In this document: positions 1 through 10,220 of the stretch, piece by piece | Layout of the letters: the number at the start of each line of letters is the position of its first letter | How positions within the stretch are numbered: the stretch's first letter is position 1 | Source: an uncultured Chloroflexia bacterium | Lineage (GTDB): Bacteria > Chloroflexota > Limnocylindria > Limnocylindrales > CSP1-4 | Assembly (NCBI GenBank): GCA_963813535.1 | Contig: CAWEZH010000002.1 | Location: 320,001-384,000, forward strand | Direction of reading: 5' to 3' | Length of the DNA stretch: 64,000 bases | Position numbers and translations under genes: made by a program | Notes under the pieces: model-generated | What the model saw: only the letters and a program-made list of their open reading frames with translations | The model's database searches: none | What the model was told of the DNA's origin: nothing

Positions 1-1
1 C

Positions 2-1726
2 GACTTCCTGATGACGCGCGCCGCGGCCCAGACCACGGTCCGGATCGAGATCGCGGGCCGGCGCGGGGACATCTACGACCGGACCGGCACGGTCTTGCTG
101 GCCACCACGATCGACCGGGATCGGCTGGTCGCCGCCGCCGACCAACTGGCACGTGACCCGGCCGCCCGAACGCAGACCACGAACGAGCTCGTCCGGATCC
201 TGAAGCTCGACGAGGCCCAGGCGGCGACCCTCCGCGAGAAGCTCGCATCGCAACGGCCGTACATCGTCATCGCCCGCGGCGTCGAGCCGTCCGTGGCGGA
301 GCGGATCCGCCAGGCGCTGCGCGACGAACGGATCGTGCACATCGCCCTCGAGGCGGAACCGGAGCGCGTGTATCCGCAGGTCGGCGGTGGCCCGGAGTCG
401 ACGCTCGCCGCGCACCTGCTCGGGTTCGTCAACCGCGAGAACGCCGGCCAGTACGGCGTCGAGCAGGCCTACCAGGGGACGCTGGCCGGCGAGGCGCGGG
501 TGATGATCGCCCAACGAGATGTCAACGGACGACCGATGCCCGAGACATCGGTCGTCGAATCGCCGGGCTCGATCGGGGAAGACGTCCGGCTGACCATCGA
601 TGCCAGCCTGCAGCTCGCGTTGGAGCAGGAGCTGCTCGCCGCGTGGATCGCCGACGAGGCCAAGAGCGTGTCGGCGGTGGTGCTCGACCCGTACACCGGC
701 GCGGTGTACGCCGAGGCCACGTACCCGTCGTATGACGCCAACGACTACCGGGCGATCGCGAAGGAGGCGCCCCAGCGGTTCGTCGACCCCATCGTTTCGA
801 ACGTCTACGAGCCGGGGTCGGTCTTCAAGATGATGACCGCGGTGACCGCCCTCGAGTCGGGCTCGGTCACGCGGACGACCCGCATCAAGGATGTCGGCAC
901 CCTGCGCCTCGATGGCGGTGAATCGAAGATCGACAACGCCGATCACAGGGGCATGGGCTGGATCACCTTCGAGGACGGCATCGCCTATTCGCGCAACGTG
1001 GTCGCCGCGAAGGTCGCCCTCGGTCTCGCCGACACGACGTCCGAGTCGGCGACGATGCTGTACGACACCTGGCGCACGCTCGGCTTCGGCCAGAAGACCG
1101 GCATCGACATCGCCGGCGAGGCGTCGGGCAGCCAGTACGTCCGAGACCCCGGCACGACGCCGTGGAGCGAGATCGACCTCGCCAACGGCGCGTTCGGCCA
1201 GGGTGTCGCGGTCACGCCGATCCAGCTCGCGTCGGCGTTCGCAGCGCTCGTCAATGGCGGCAACGCGGTCCAGCCCCATGTCGTCAGCGGCGTCGGGGCA
1301 CGCGATGTGACGGTGCCCCAGCGAGGCCGCGTGGTTCCCAAGAAGATCTCGAAGACCCTGCTCCGGATGATGGATCACGTCGTCCAGGAGGTGGACTTCT
1401 ATCGCGACCGGACGCTCGTGCCCGGCTATCACGTCGGGGGCAAGACCGGTACGGCGCAGATCTGGGATGCCAAGAAGAAGGACTGGAAGCACAACCTCTT
1501 CAACTACTCGTTCGTCGGATACATCAGCCGCGAGGCCGGCACGCCGGACCTCGTGGTCGCGGTCCGTATCGAGGAAGGTCGACCGCGGCTGCCACGCCTC
1601 GGTCACCTGGAGATGCCGGTCATGTCCTTCGAGCTGTTCCGCCGCGTCGCGACGAACGCCATCACCACGCCCGACCTGCTCGAGCACCGCATCGTCGCCG
1701 AACCCATGCCCGTCACGGACCGGTGA
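2..1726 (+). CDS. ftsI: Class B penicillin-binding protein (FtsI/PBP3-like), probably 5'-truncated by the window edge
   Basis: Transpeptidase motifs SxxK (GSVFK), SxN (SRN) and KTG (KTGT). Frame is open from position 2 with no N-terminal TM anchor visible. First gene of the dcw cluster here. Confidence 0.9.
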   Translation, partial: DFLMTRAAAQTTVRIEIAGRRGDIYDRTGTVLLATTIDRDRLVAAADQLARDPAARTQTTNELVRILKLDEAQAATLREKLASQRPYIVIARGVEPSVAERIRQALRDERIVHIALEAEPERVYPQVGGGPESTLAAHLLGFVNRENAGQYGVEQAYQGTLAGEARVMIAQRDVNGRPMPETSVVESPGSIGEDVRLTIDASLQLALEQELLAAWIADEAKSVSAVVLDPYTGAVYAEATYPSYDANDYRAIAKEAPQRFVDPIVSNVYEPGSVFKMMTAVTALESGSVTRTTRIKDVGTLRLDGGESKIDNADHRGMGWITFEDGIAYSRNVVAAKVALGLADTTSESATMLYDTWRTLGFGQKTGIDIAGEASGSQYVRDPGTTPWSEIDLANGAFGQGVAVTPIQLASAFAALVNGGNAVQPHVVSGVGARDVTVPQRGRVVPKKISKTLLRMMDHVVQEVDFYRDRTLVPGYHVGGKTGTAQIWDAKKKDWKHNLFNYSFVGYISREAGTPDLVVAVRIEEGRPRLPRLGHLEMPVMSFELFRRVATNAITTPDLLEHRIVAEPMPVTDR

Positions 1727-1752
1727 GTGGACCCTATGGGACACTGGCCGTC

Positions 1753-3186
1753 GTGAGCGACGTCGACCCGTCGAGGGGGACGCCGACCGAGCCGACGGCA
1801 GCGCTCTCGGTCGATGACCTCATCCGCCTGAGCGGTGGTCGGCTGCTGGCACGATCCGATCGGCCGATCCGCGGCGCCGCCGTCGATTCCCGATTGGTCA
1901 AACCCGGTCAGCTCTTCGTCGCGTTGCCGGGCGAGCGTACCGACGGGCACCTCCACCTGGACGACGCCGTCGGGCGTGGCGCCGGCGCCGTGCTGGTGAC
2001 CCGCCAGGTCGAGGAGCCCGAGCGTTTCGGCGATGTCTCTGTCATCCGCGTCGCCGACGGGCTGGTCGCCCTGGGAGCGGTCGCCGCCGGCTGGCGCCGG
2101 CGGTTTTCGCCGCTGGTTGTCGGGATCACCGGCAGCATCGCGAAGACCTCGACCAAAGAGGCCGTGGCGACCGTCCTAAGCGCCGCTCGTCGGACGCTCA
2201 AGACCGAGGGGAACCAGAACAACGAAGTCGGCCTGCCGCTCACGCTAATGCGCCTCGGCCCCGAGCATGAAGCGGCGGTGCTCGAGATGGGGATGTATGT
2301 CTCGGGCGAGATCGCCGACCTGGCCGCGATGGCGCAGCCGTCGATCGGCGTCGTGACCGCGGTCCAGCCCGTCCATCTCTCGCGGATCGGCACGCTCGAT
2401 GCGGTCGAACGGGCGAAGGGCGAGCTGCTCGAGGCGCTCCCCGCCGATGGCACGGCCGTCCTCAACGCCGATGACCCCATCGTGACGGGCATGGATCGCC
2501 GGTCCGCGGCGCGAGCGCTGCGCTACGGATTTGATGACTCGGCCGACGTCCGGGCGATCGATGTCACGTCCGGGGGCACCGCCGGCATGCGGTTCCGACT
2601 GCGGACACCGGCGGGCGAGCGTGACGTCACCATCCCGGCGCTCGGACGGCTGTCGGTCCACAACGCGGCGGCAGGTGCCGCGGTCGGCCTCGCGGCGGGT
2701 GTCGACCTCGAGACCATCGTCAACGCTCTCGCGACCGGCTGGAGCGCGCCGCACCGCGTCGAGCTGGTCCGGCTGCGCGGCGCCACCATCATCGACGACA
2801 GCTACAACGCATCACCCGGCTCGGTCGCGGCGGCGCTCGACCTGCTGGCCGACCTGCCCGGTCGCCACGTGGCGGTCCTGGGCGAGATGCTCGAGCTGGG
2901 CGACGCCCACGACAGCGGCCATCATGTCGTCGGCGAGGCGGCCGCGGACGTCGCCGAGCTGTTGATCGTGGTCGGGCCGGCGGCCGATGGCATCGCCGCC
3001 GGCGCCATGGAGGCAGGACTCGATCCGGCACGGATCCACGTCGTGCCGGATGCGGAGGCCGCGTTGGACGCGCTCCAGCCGCGCCTCCGAGCCGGCGATG
3101 TCGTCCTCGTCAAGGCATCGCGCGGCATCGGGCTCGACCGCGTGGTCGATGGCCTCCGGCTCCACCTCGGCGAGTCGGCCCGATGA
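1753..3186 (+). CDS. murF: UDP-N-acetylmuramoyl-tripeptide--D-Ala-D-Ala ligase
   Basis: DSR..PGQLFVAL.GE..DGH, GITGSIAKTSTKE, NQNNEVGLP, DDSYNA, LVKASRG. Start is GTG 1753 or GTG 1723 (overlapping the ftsI stop); the ORF-track start at 1162 is spurious. Confidence 0.92.
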   Translation: MSDVDPSRGTPTEPTAALSVDDLIRLSGGRLLARSDRPIRGAAVDSRLVKPGQLFVALPGERTDGHLHLDDAVGRGAGAVLVTRQVEEPERFGDVSVIRVADGLVALGAVAAGWRRRFSPLVVGITGSIAKTSTKEAVATVLSAARRTLKTEGNQNNEVGLPLTLMRLGPEHEAAVLEMGMYVSGEIADLAAMAQPSIGVVTAVQPVHLSRIGTLDAVERAKGELLEALPADGTAVLNADDPIVTGMDRRSAARALRYGFDDSADVRAIDVTSGGTAGMRFRLRTPAGERDVTIPALGRLSVHNAAAGAAVGLAAGVDLETIVNALATGWSAPHRVELVRLRGATIIDDSYNASPGSVAAALDLLADLPGRHVAVLGEMLELGDAHDSGHHVVGEAAADVAELLIVVGPAADGIAAGAMEAGLDPARIHVVPDAEAALDALQPRLRAGDVVLVKASRGIGLDRVVDGLRLHLGESAR

Positions 3187-4175
3187 CCGTCGAGCTGATC
3201 CAAGGACTGCTGCTGGCGTTCGCCCTGATCGTGATCCTGATGCCGCCCTACATCCGGCTGCTCCAGGCGATCGGGTTCGGCAAGCGGATCCGGCAGGAGG
3301 GACCGGAGAGCCATTTCGTCAAGGAGGGGACACCAACGATGGGCGGGCTGCTCATCGTGGTCGTCGTCCTCGGCATCTACTTCTTCCTCCGCCAACCGGA
3401 CGCGGCGACGTTCGCGCCGCTGGCCGCGCTGGCGGGCGTCGGTGCGCTCGGAGCGTTCGACGATTACCTCAACGCCAGGACAGGGGAGGGGATCAAGGCC
3501 CGCCAGAAGCTGATCTGGCTGACGGTCGTGGCCTTCGTCGCCGGGTGGCAGATCCAGCAGACCTACGCCATCACGGCCATCGCCGTCCCGTTCTACGGCC
3601 CCGTGAGCATCGAGCCGTGGCTGTACGTCGGGTTCGCCGCGTTCGCGATCATCGCCGCGGCGAACGGCGTGAACATCACCGACGGGCTCGACGGTCTGTC
3701 CGGTGGGACCGTCGCGATCGCCTTCGTCGCGTACATGCTGATCGCGCTGCTGAACACGCCGGCCCAGCCGAACCTCGCCCTGCTCTGCGCGCTGATCATC
3801 GGGGCGCTCCTCGGTTTCCTGTGGTTCAACGTCCACCCGGCGCAGATCTTCATCGGCGACTCCGGAGCGCTCTCGCTCGGCGCGACCCTGGCCGTCACCG
3901 CGCTGATCACCGGCCAGGTCCTCGTCCTGCCGCTGATCGGGATCATCTTCGTGCTCGAGACGTCGTCCGTGATCCTCCAGGTCGCCTATTTCCGCTTCAC
4001 CGGCGGCCGGCGCCTGTTCCGGATGAGCCCGATCCACCACCACTTCGAGCTCGGTGGCTGGGACGAGGAGAAGATCACGATCCGGTTCTGGATCGTCGCC
4101 ATCCTCGCCGCCCTCCTGGGTGTGACGCTGTTCCTCGCGACCCAGCCGGGACAGTTCCTCGGAGCGCCGTCGTGA
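3183..4175 (+). CDS. mraY: Phospho-N-acetylmuramoyl-pentapeptide transferase
   Basis: KEGTPTMGG, DDY, NITDGLDGL, FIGDSG and PIHHHFEL motifs; multiple TM helices. Confidence 0.96.
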   Translation: MTVELIQGLLLAFALIVILMPPYIRLLQAIGFGKRIRQEGPESHFVKEGTPTMGGLLIVVVVLGIYFFLRQPDAATFAPLAALAGVGALGAFDDYLNARTGEGIKARQKLIWLTVVAFVAGWQIQQTYAITAIAVPFYGPVSIEPWLYVGFAAFAIIAAANGVNITDGLDGLSGGTVAIAFVAYMLIALLNTPAQPNLALLCALIIGALLGFLWFNVHPAQIFIGDSGALSLGATLAVTALITGQVLVLPLIGIIFVLETSSVILQVAYFRFTGGRRLFRMSPIHHHFELGGWDEEKITIRFWIVAILAALLGVTLFLATQPGQFLGAPS

Positions 4176-5734
4176 TGACCACGCCGCTGGCGATCGAGCC
4201 CGACGCACTCTCCATCGAGGCGATCCGGCACGGGCTGCTCGCGGACGTCCCCGTCACGGTCCTCGGTTTCGCCCGAAGCGGCATCGCGTTGGCCCGCTTC
4301 CTCGCCGATTCGGGCGCCCGCGTCACCGTCTACGACGGCCGGCCGGAGTCGGACCTGCGAGATGCGATCTCGGCACTCGAGGGTCGGGCTGTGCGGCTGC
4401 AACTCGGGCCGGACGTCGATCCGGCATCCACGTGGGCCGACGCGCGACTCGTGACGACGTCGCCGTCGATCAACCCCGCGTTCCCGACGACGGAGCCCCG
4501 GCTCCGGGATGCGCTCGCGACGCTCGTCGCGGCGCGAACGGCCGGCGATCGGTCGATCCCGGCGGTCGTGTCGGAGCCCGACCTGTTCCTGCGGCTGTGC
4601 ACCGCCCCGACCGTCGGCGTGACCGGGACGAAGGGCAAGACCACCACGGCGTCGCTCACGGCCGCGATCCTCGACGCCGACCCAGGCCACCCGGTCGTCC
4701 TCGGCGGCAATATCGGCGTCCCGATCCTGGACCGACTGGCCGAGCTGACGCCGGACCATCGCGTCGTCTATGAGCTGTCCGAGCTCCAGCTGCCGACTCT
4801 GTCGAGGGGTACGACGGTCGCCGTTTACACGAACGTCACGTCGGACCATCTCGACCGGCATGGGTCGCTGGACGCGTACCGGCAGGTCAAGCGGATCCTC
4901 GCCGAGCGGGTCGACCCCGACGGAGCGCTCGTCCTCAATGCCGAGGACCCGGTGGTCGCCGGCTACGCCGCATCCGGTCAGGCCCGTCCCGTGCTGTATC
5001 GCCGCGGCGACCCATCACCCGGCGGCCTGGGCGTGGTCGACGGCTGGATCGTGTCGGCCGGGGTCGCGCCGCTCGCCGGTGTCCGCGATGCCGGTGCAGG
5101 TGACGACGGAGCGTCGGGCAGGATCATGCCGGTCGACGAATTGGGCATCCCGGGCGCACACAACGTCTCGAATGCGCTGGCGGCCGTCGCCGTGGGCCTC
5201 CTGTTCGGCGTGCCCGCATCGGCGATCCGTGTGGCCGCCGCCGCTTTCACCGGTGTCGAGCATCGACTCGAGACCGTGGCGACGGTCGATGGTGTCCGCT
5301 TCGTCAACGACTCGCAGGGCACGCAGCCGGACGCGGTGATCGCGGCCCTCCGGTCCTTCCCACGGCCGCTCGTCCTCATCGCCGGGGGGCGCGACAAGGG
5401 CGTCGACCTGTCCGCGCTCGGACCGGTCGTGGCCGAACGCGCCAGCGCAGCCGTCCTGATCGGCGAGAGCGGTCCCGACCTGGAGCGTCGCTTCCGGGCT
5501 GCCGGCTTGGAACGGACCGAGCGTGCCTCGACCCTCGACGATGCCGTGATCCGGGCGGACAGCCTGGCCCGCGAAACCCTGGACGACGTCGAGCCTGCAC
5601 GGGGCCTCGCGACCGTGCTCCTCAGCCCTGCCGCGGCCAGCTTCGACATGTTCCCCGACTACGCCGCACGCGGCCGCGCCTTCAAGGACGCGGTCGCCGA
5701 CCTTGTCGCAGCACGAGCCCGGAGGCGGTCATGA
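4175..5734 (+). CDS. murD: UDP-N-acetylmuramoyl-L-Ala--D-Glu ligase
   Basis: VLGFARSG, GVTGTKGKTTT, GGNIG, DHLDRH, EHRLE, GGRDKG, LLSPAAASFDMF. ATG overlaps the mraY stop (TGATG). Confidence 0.94.
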   Translation: MTTPLAIEPDALSIEAIRHGLLADVPVTVLGFARSGIALARFLADSGARVTVYDGRPESDLRDAISALEGRAVRLQLGPDVDPASTWADARLVTTSPSINPAFPTTEPRLRDALATLVAARTAGDRSIPAVVSEPDLFLRLCTAPTVGVTGTKGKTTTASLTAAILDADPGHPVVLGGNIGVPILDRLAELTPDHRVVYELSELQLPTLSRGTTVAVYTNVTSDHLDRHGSLDAYRQVKRILAERVDPDGALVLNAEDPVVAGYAASGQARPVLYRRGDPSPGGLGVVDGWIVSAGVAPLAGVRDAGAGDDGASGRIMPVDELGIPGAHNVSNALAAVAVGLLFGVPASAIRVAAAAFTGVEHRLETVATVDGVRFVNDSQGTQPDAVIAALRSFPRPLVLIAGGRDKGVDLSALGPVVAERASAAVLIGESGPDLERRFRAAGLERTERASTLDDAVIRADSLARETLDDVEPARGLATVLLSPAAASFDMFPDYAARGRAFKDAVADLVAARARRRS

Positions 5735-7077
5735 ACCTTGCCCCGCCGATCCCGCGTTTCGGACGGCCGACCACCGACACGGGAGCTCGTGACCGAAAAC
5801 GCGCCAGTGAGACGCGACGCGCCGCCAACCGGACCCCGACCAAAGACCTGACCCAGGCGCTCCAGCGCGAGCGGCACGCGCCCGACTTCACGATCCTCGT
5901 GGTCGTCGTGGCGCTCGCCGCGATCGGCATCCTGATGGTCTACTCCTCGTCGGCGATGCGCGGCTACCTGTCAGCGGACGCCGACACGTTCCAGACTGTC
6001 GGCCCGCAGATCCAGTGGGCGCTGCTGGGCCTGCTGGCGATGGTCGCGATGATGCGCGTCGACTACCGCTACCTGCGGTTGATCTCGATCCCGGGCTACG
6101 TCGTCGCGCTCGGCCTGCTGGTGCTCGTCTTCGTCGATGACTTCAATATCGTGGTCGGGGGTTCAGCCCGCTGGCTCAAGCTGGGTCCGCTGCCGGCGAT
6201 CCACCCGGCCGAGCTGGCCAAGCTCGCGCTGATCGTCTACCTCGCCCATTGGTTCGCCAAGCGTGGCCTGAAGGTCGGTGGGTTCTGGGCCGGTACGATC
6301 CCGTTCCTCCTCATCGCCGGCCCGGTGATCGCCCTGGTGTTCAGGGAGCCCGACCTCGGCACGACCATCGTCATCACGCTCACGGCGTTCACGATGTGGT
6401 ACGTCGCCGGTGCGAACACGTTCCACCTCGGTTCGATGATCGGGCTCGCGGCGTTCGGGGCCATCCTCGTCGGGCTGGCCGGGTACCAGATGGACCGGAT
6501 CCGGGCATGGCTCGATCCGTGGAAATACGCCGACACCATCGGCTACCACACCGTCCAGGGGCTGCTCGCGCTCGGACTCGGCGGGGTGTTCGGGTCAGGC
6601 CTCGGGGAGAGCCGGATGGCCGGTGGCCTGTTCGTGCCGAACGCGTTCAACGACTTCATCTTCGCGATCATCGGCGAGGAGTTCGGTCTCATCGGCGCCG
6701 GCGTGGTCATCGCGCTGTTCGTGCTGCTCGCCTACGCTGGCATCCGGGTGGCCCTCGGCGCTCCTGATACGTTCGGGGCGCTCCTGGCGGCCGGGATCAC
6801 GGCCTGGCTGTGCATCCAGGCGTTCATCAACATCGGCGTGGTCGTGACCCTGGTCCCGATCACCGGCATCACGCTGCCGTTCATCAGTGCCGGCGGCTCG
6901 TCACTCATCATCAGCTTCGCGGCGATCGGGATCCTCCTCTCGATCTCCCGCGAGACCATCGAGAAGGGGACCTGGAACGACGATGCGACTGCTGATCGCG
7001 GCCGGCGGAACGGGCGGGCACATCTACCCGGCTCTGGCGGTCGCTCGCTCGCTCGGAGCGCAGCACGACGGCGCTGA
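5731..7077 (+). CDS. ftsW: SEDS peptidoglycan polymerase / cell division protein FtsW
   Basis: GSARWL, HPAELAK, EPDLGT, NDFIFAIIGEEFG, TGITLPFISAGGSS. Confidence 0.94.
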   Translation: MNLAPPIPRFGRPTTDTGARDRKRASETRRAANRTPTKDLTQALQRERHAPDFTILVVVVALAAIGILMVYSSSAMRGYLSADADTFQTVGPQIQWALLGLLAMVAMMRVDYRYLRLISIPGYVVALGLLVLVFVDDFNIVVGGSARWLKLGPLPAIHPAELAKLALIVYLAHWFAKRGLKVGGFWAGTIPFLLIAGPVIALVFREPDLGTTIVITLTAFTMWYVAGANTFHLGSMIGLAAFGAILVGLAGYQMDRIRAWLDPWKYADTIGYHTVQGLLALGLGGVFGSGLGESRMAGGLFVPNAFNDFIFAIIGEEFGLIGAGVVIALFVLLAYAGIRVALGAPDTFGALLAAGITAWLCIQAFINIGVVVTLVPITGITLPFISAGGSSLIISFAAIGILLSISRETIEKGTWNDDATADRGRRNGRAHLPGSGGRSLARSAARRR

Positions 7078-8143
7078 GCTCACCTGGCTGGGCGGTCATC
7101 GCGGGCTCGAGGCCGGCATCGTCCCGGCGGCCGGCATCCCGTTCCGCCGGCTGGTCCTGCGCTCGCTCCGATCGGTCGAGTTCGACGCGCACGCCATCCT
7201 CGACCCGCTCCGGCTTGGCGGATCGGTCCCGCAGGCCGGCGCGATCCTCGCGAGCGAGCGCCCGGCGGCGATCTTCACGACCGGCGGCTACGTCGCTGTC
7301 CCGGTGCTGCTGGCGGCCGCCCCACTCGGCATCCCGGTCGTGCTGTGGGATGGCAACGTCGTGCCGGGTCGCGCGGTGCGCGCCACGGCCAGGCTGGCCG
7401 ACGTGATCGCGGTGTCGTTCGCCGCGACGTGCCAGGCGCTGGCGACCGCGGCGCCCGGACGCCCGTGCTACCTGACCGGCACGCCGATCCGCGACACGCG
7501 CGCGGTCGACCGTGAGGCGGCGCGCGCCAAGCTCGGCATCCCGCCGGGCGTGCGGGTGATGCTCATCTTCGGTGGGTCCCAGGCGGTCCGACGGTTCAAC
7601 GGCGCGGTCGCCGAGGCGCTCCCGCGATTGATCGAGCGGGTGGCCGTCATCCACGTCACGGGTGACGATGGGTACGCCGCCGCGCTGGCGGGTCGCGAGG
7701 CGCTGCCCGCCGACCGGCGCGAGCGCTATCGACCGTTCCCGTTCCTGCGGGACGACATGTTGACCGCGCTGGCTGCGGCGGATCTCGTGGTCGGGCGAGC
7801 CGGGTCGTCCACGCTCGCAGAGGTGACGGCTCTCGGCCTGCCCATCGTGGTCGTGCCATACCCGCATGCGGCCGGTCATCAGACGGCCAATGCTCGCCAG
7901 CTCGTCGAAGCGGGAGCGGGTCGCCTGGTCGACGACGCCGCGTTCGACGCGGACGCCCTGCTCGAGGCCGCCGGCCTGCTGGAGGATCCGACCGCACATC
8001 TCGCGATGTCGGCCGCAGCCCGATCGCTCGGCCGGCCGGGCGCCGCCGACGCGGTCGCCGATCTCGTCCTGGCGGCGGCCCGGCGCGAAGCGCTGCCCGA
8101 CCCCGAGACGATCGAGCGCCGATCGCGGAGCGGGCGCGGGTGA
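6983..8143 (+). CDS. murG: Lipid II GlcNAc transferase
   Basis: MRLLIAAGGTGGHIYPA, GGYV, FGGSQA, RAGSST, HQTANA. Confidence 0.94.
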   Translation: MRLLIAAGGTGGHIYPALAVARSLGAQHDGAELTWLGGHRGLEAGIVPAAGIPFRRLVLRSLRSVEFDAHAILDPLRLGGSVPQAGAILASERPAAIFTTGGYVAVPVLLAAAPLGIPVVLWDGNVVPGRAVRATARLADVIAVSFAATCQALATAAPGRPCYLTGTPIRDTRAVDREAARAKLGIPPGVRVMLIFGGSQAVRRFNGAVAEALPRLIERVAVIHVTGDDGYAAALAGREALPADRRERYRPFPFLRDDMLTALAAADLVVGRAGSSTLAEVTALGLPIVVVPYPHAAGHQTANARQLVEAGAGRLVDDAAFDADALLEAAGLLEDPTAHLAMSAAARSLGRPGAADAVADLVLAAARREALPDPETIERRSRSGRG

Positions 8144-9099
8144 CCGCGGTGGCCGCGTTCGACGCCATCGCCATCGGCACCGAGATCCAGCGACGGGTCG
8201 GGGTCAAGACGTCGCGCGACGAACCGCTGGCACGGTTCACCACGATGCGTGTCGGTGGGCCGGCGGACCTCTTCGCGACCGTCCACAACGCATTCGAGCT
8301 GCGGGCGCTCGTGCGCTTCGCCCGCTCCCGCTCGCTCCCACATCTGATCCTGGGTCGCGGTAGCGACCTCGTGATCAGCGATCGCGGCATCCGAGGCCTC
8401 GTCATCCAGGATCGGGCCGAGGGATCGCGGTTCGAGGGCGATCGCTACACCGCCGACGCGGGTGTGCCGATGGCTCGTGCCGCCACCGAGGCCCAGAAGG
8501 CCGGGCTGACCGGCCTGGAGTTCGGTCTGGCGATCCCCGGCACGGTCGGCGGCGCCGTGTGGGCCAACGCCGGGGCGCACGATGCCGACATCGCGGGCGT
8601 GCTCGTCGCGGCCCGGGTGGTCGATGCACAGGGGAGCGAGGTCATCGTGCCGTCCGAGGAGCTTGGCCTGTCGTACCGCGACAGCCGGTTCAAGCATCCG
8701 CCGGTCGATGGTCCGCGCGAACTGATCATCGACGCGACGTTCGCCCTCACACCGGCCGACCCGGAGGTCATCAAGGCGCGTCTCGACGACATCCGCCGAT
8801 GGCGGCAGGCACATCAGCCGCTGGGGCTGCCGTCCGCTGGGAGCGTCTTCCGCAACCCGTCGGGCGGATCCGCGGGGCAGCTCATCGAGGCCGCCGGGCT
8901 GAAGGGCTTTCGGATCGGCGGCGCGGTCGTATCGGAGAAGCACGCCAACTTCATCGTCAACGACCAGAAGGGCACGGCCGCCGACGTGCGACGGGTCGGC
9001 GATCACGTGCGGGCGGTCGTCGCGGAGACGGCCGGTGTCGAGCTCATCTACGAGATCGAGTTCGTCGGCGATTGGGACCGTTGGCCATGGCCGGCATGA
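8140..9099 (+). CDS. murB: UDP-N-acetylenolpyruvoylglucosamine reductase
   Basis: TTMRVGGPA, GLEF..IPGTVGGAV..NAGA, YRDSRF, SAGSVFRNP, KHANFIVN. Confidence 0.95.
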   Translation: MTAVAAFDAIAIGTEIQRRVGVKTSRDEPLARFTTMRVGGPADLFATVHNAFELRALVRFARSRSLPHLILGRGSDLVISDRGIRGLVIQDRAEGSRFEGDRYTADAGVPMARAATEAQKAGLTGLEFGLAIPGTVGGAVWANAGAHDADIAGVLVAARVVDAQGSEVIVPSEELGLSYRDSRFKHPPVDGPRELIIDATFALTPADPEVIKARLDDIRRWRQAHQPLGLPSAGSVFRNPSGGSAGQLIEAAGLKGFRIGGAVVSEKHANFIVNDQKGTAADVRRVGDHVRAVVAETAGVELIYEIEFVGDWDRWPWPA

Positions 9100-10220
9100 C
9101 CGCGTCGGAGCTGCCGCCGATCGTCGTGCTGCTCGGCGGCCCGTCCGCCGAGCACGACGTGTCCGTCGTGTCGGGGACCGCCATCGCGCTGGCGTTGTCC
9201 GAGGCCGGGGCGGACGTCCAGCAGGTCCTCATCGACCTCGACGGTGGGTGGTGGTGGCTGCCGCCCGATCACCGTCGGGAGGACCGTGCCGCGTCCGCCT
9301 ACGACGACCCGCGAGCACTCGGCGCCGAGGGGCCGATCGCGGTCGGCGCCGCCGTCGACCGGCTGGCCGCCGACGACCCGGCACCGGTGGTCGTGATCGG
9401 GCTGCACGGGCCGTTCGGCGAGGACGGCACCATCCAGGCGATGCTCGACGCGGTCGGTCTCGCCTATACCGGCTCCGGCGTCGCCGCCTCCGCGCTGGGC
9501 ATGGACAAGGCGCTGTTCAAGCGGATGTGCCGGGGTCTGGGGATCCCCGTGGTCGACTGGCGCGAGGTTCGCCAGTCGCGCTGGGTGGCCGATCGCCCGG
9601 GCGTCCGCCGCGAGATGGCAGCCTTCGCCGCCGCATCGGCCGACGCTCGCCTGATGGTCAAGCCGGCACGGCTGGGCAGCTCGGTCGGCATGACCCTCGT
9701 GCATGACTCGGCGGAGCTCGCGGCGGCGCTCGACCTCGCCTACCGCTACGACACGCTGGCCGTCGTGGAGCTCTACGTGGCCGAGGCGCGCGACCTCGAG
9801 ATGTCGGTCATCGGCAACGACCACGCCCATCTCGAGCTGTACGGCCCGGGCGAGGTCATCAGCGGCAACGAGTTCTACGACTACGCCGCGAAGTACACGC
9901 CCGGCCTGTCCGAGACCTCGACGACCGCCGAAGTCACGGACGTGGAGCGCGCCGTGATCCACAAGCTCTCCCGGGACGTGTACCGGGCGATCGGCGCCGA
10001 GGGTTTCGCCCGGATCGATTTCCTGATGTCCGGCGAGCGCATCCTCGTCTCGGAGATCAACACGATCCCCGGGTTCACGCCGATCAGCCTCTTCCCGACG
10101 ATGCCGGCCGAGGGCGGCTACACGTTCGCGGACGTGTGTCTCCGCGTCATCGAGCTCGCCATCGAGCGCCATGCCCAGCGACCGGCGACGCGTCTCGGAG
10201 CGGCCGACCTGCCGCGATGA
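9096..10220 (+). CDS. ddl: D-alanine--D-alanine ligase
   Basis: GGPSAEHDVS, LHGPFGEDGTIQ, KPARLGSSVG, FYDYAAKY, EINTIPGFT. Confidence 0.95.
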   Translation: MTASELPPIVVLLGGPSAEHDVSVVSGTAIALALSEAGADVQQVLIDLDGGWWWLPPDHRREDRAASAYDDPRALGAEGPIAVGAAVDRLAADDPAPVVVIGLHGPFGEDGTIQAMLDAVGLAYTGSGVAASALGMDKALFKRMCRGLGIPVVDWREVRQSRWVADRPGVRREMAAFAAASADARLMVKPARLGSSVGMTLVHDSAELAAALDLAYRYDTLAVVELYVAEARDLEMSVIGNDHAHLELYGPGEVISGNEFYDYAAKYTPGLSETSTTAEVTDVERAVIHKLSRDVYRAIGAEGFARIDFLMSGERILVSEINTIPGFTPISLFPTMPAEGGYTFADVCLRVIELAIERHAQRPATRLGAADLPR

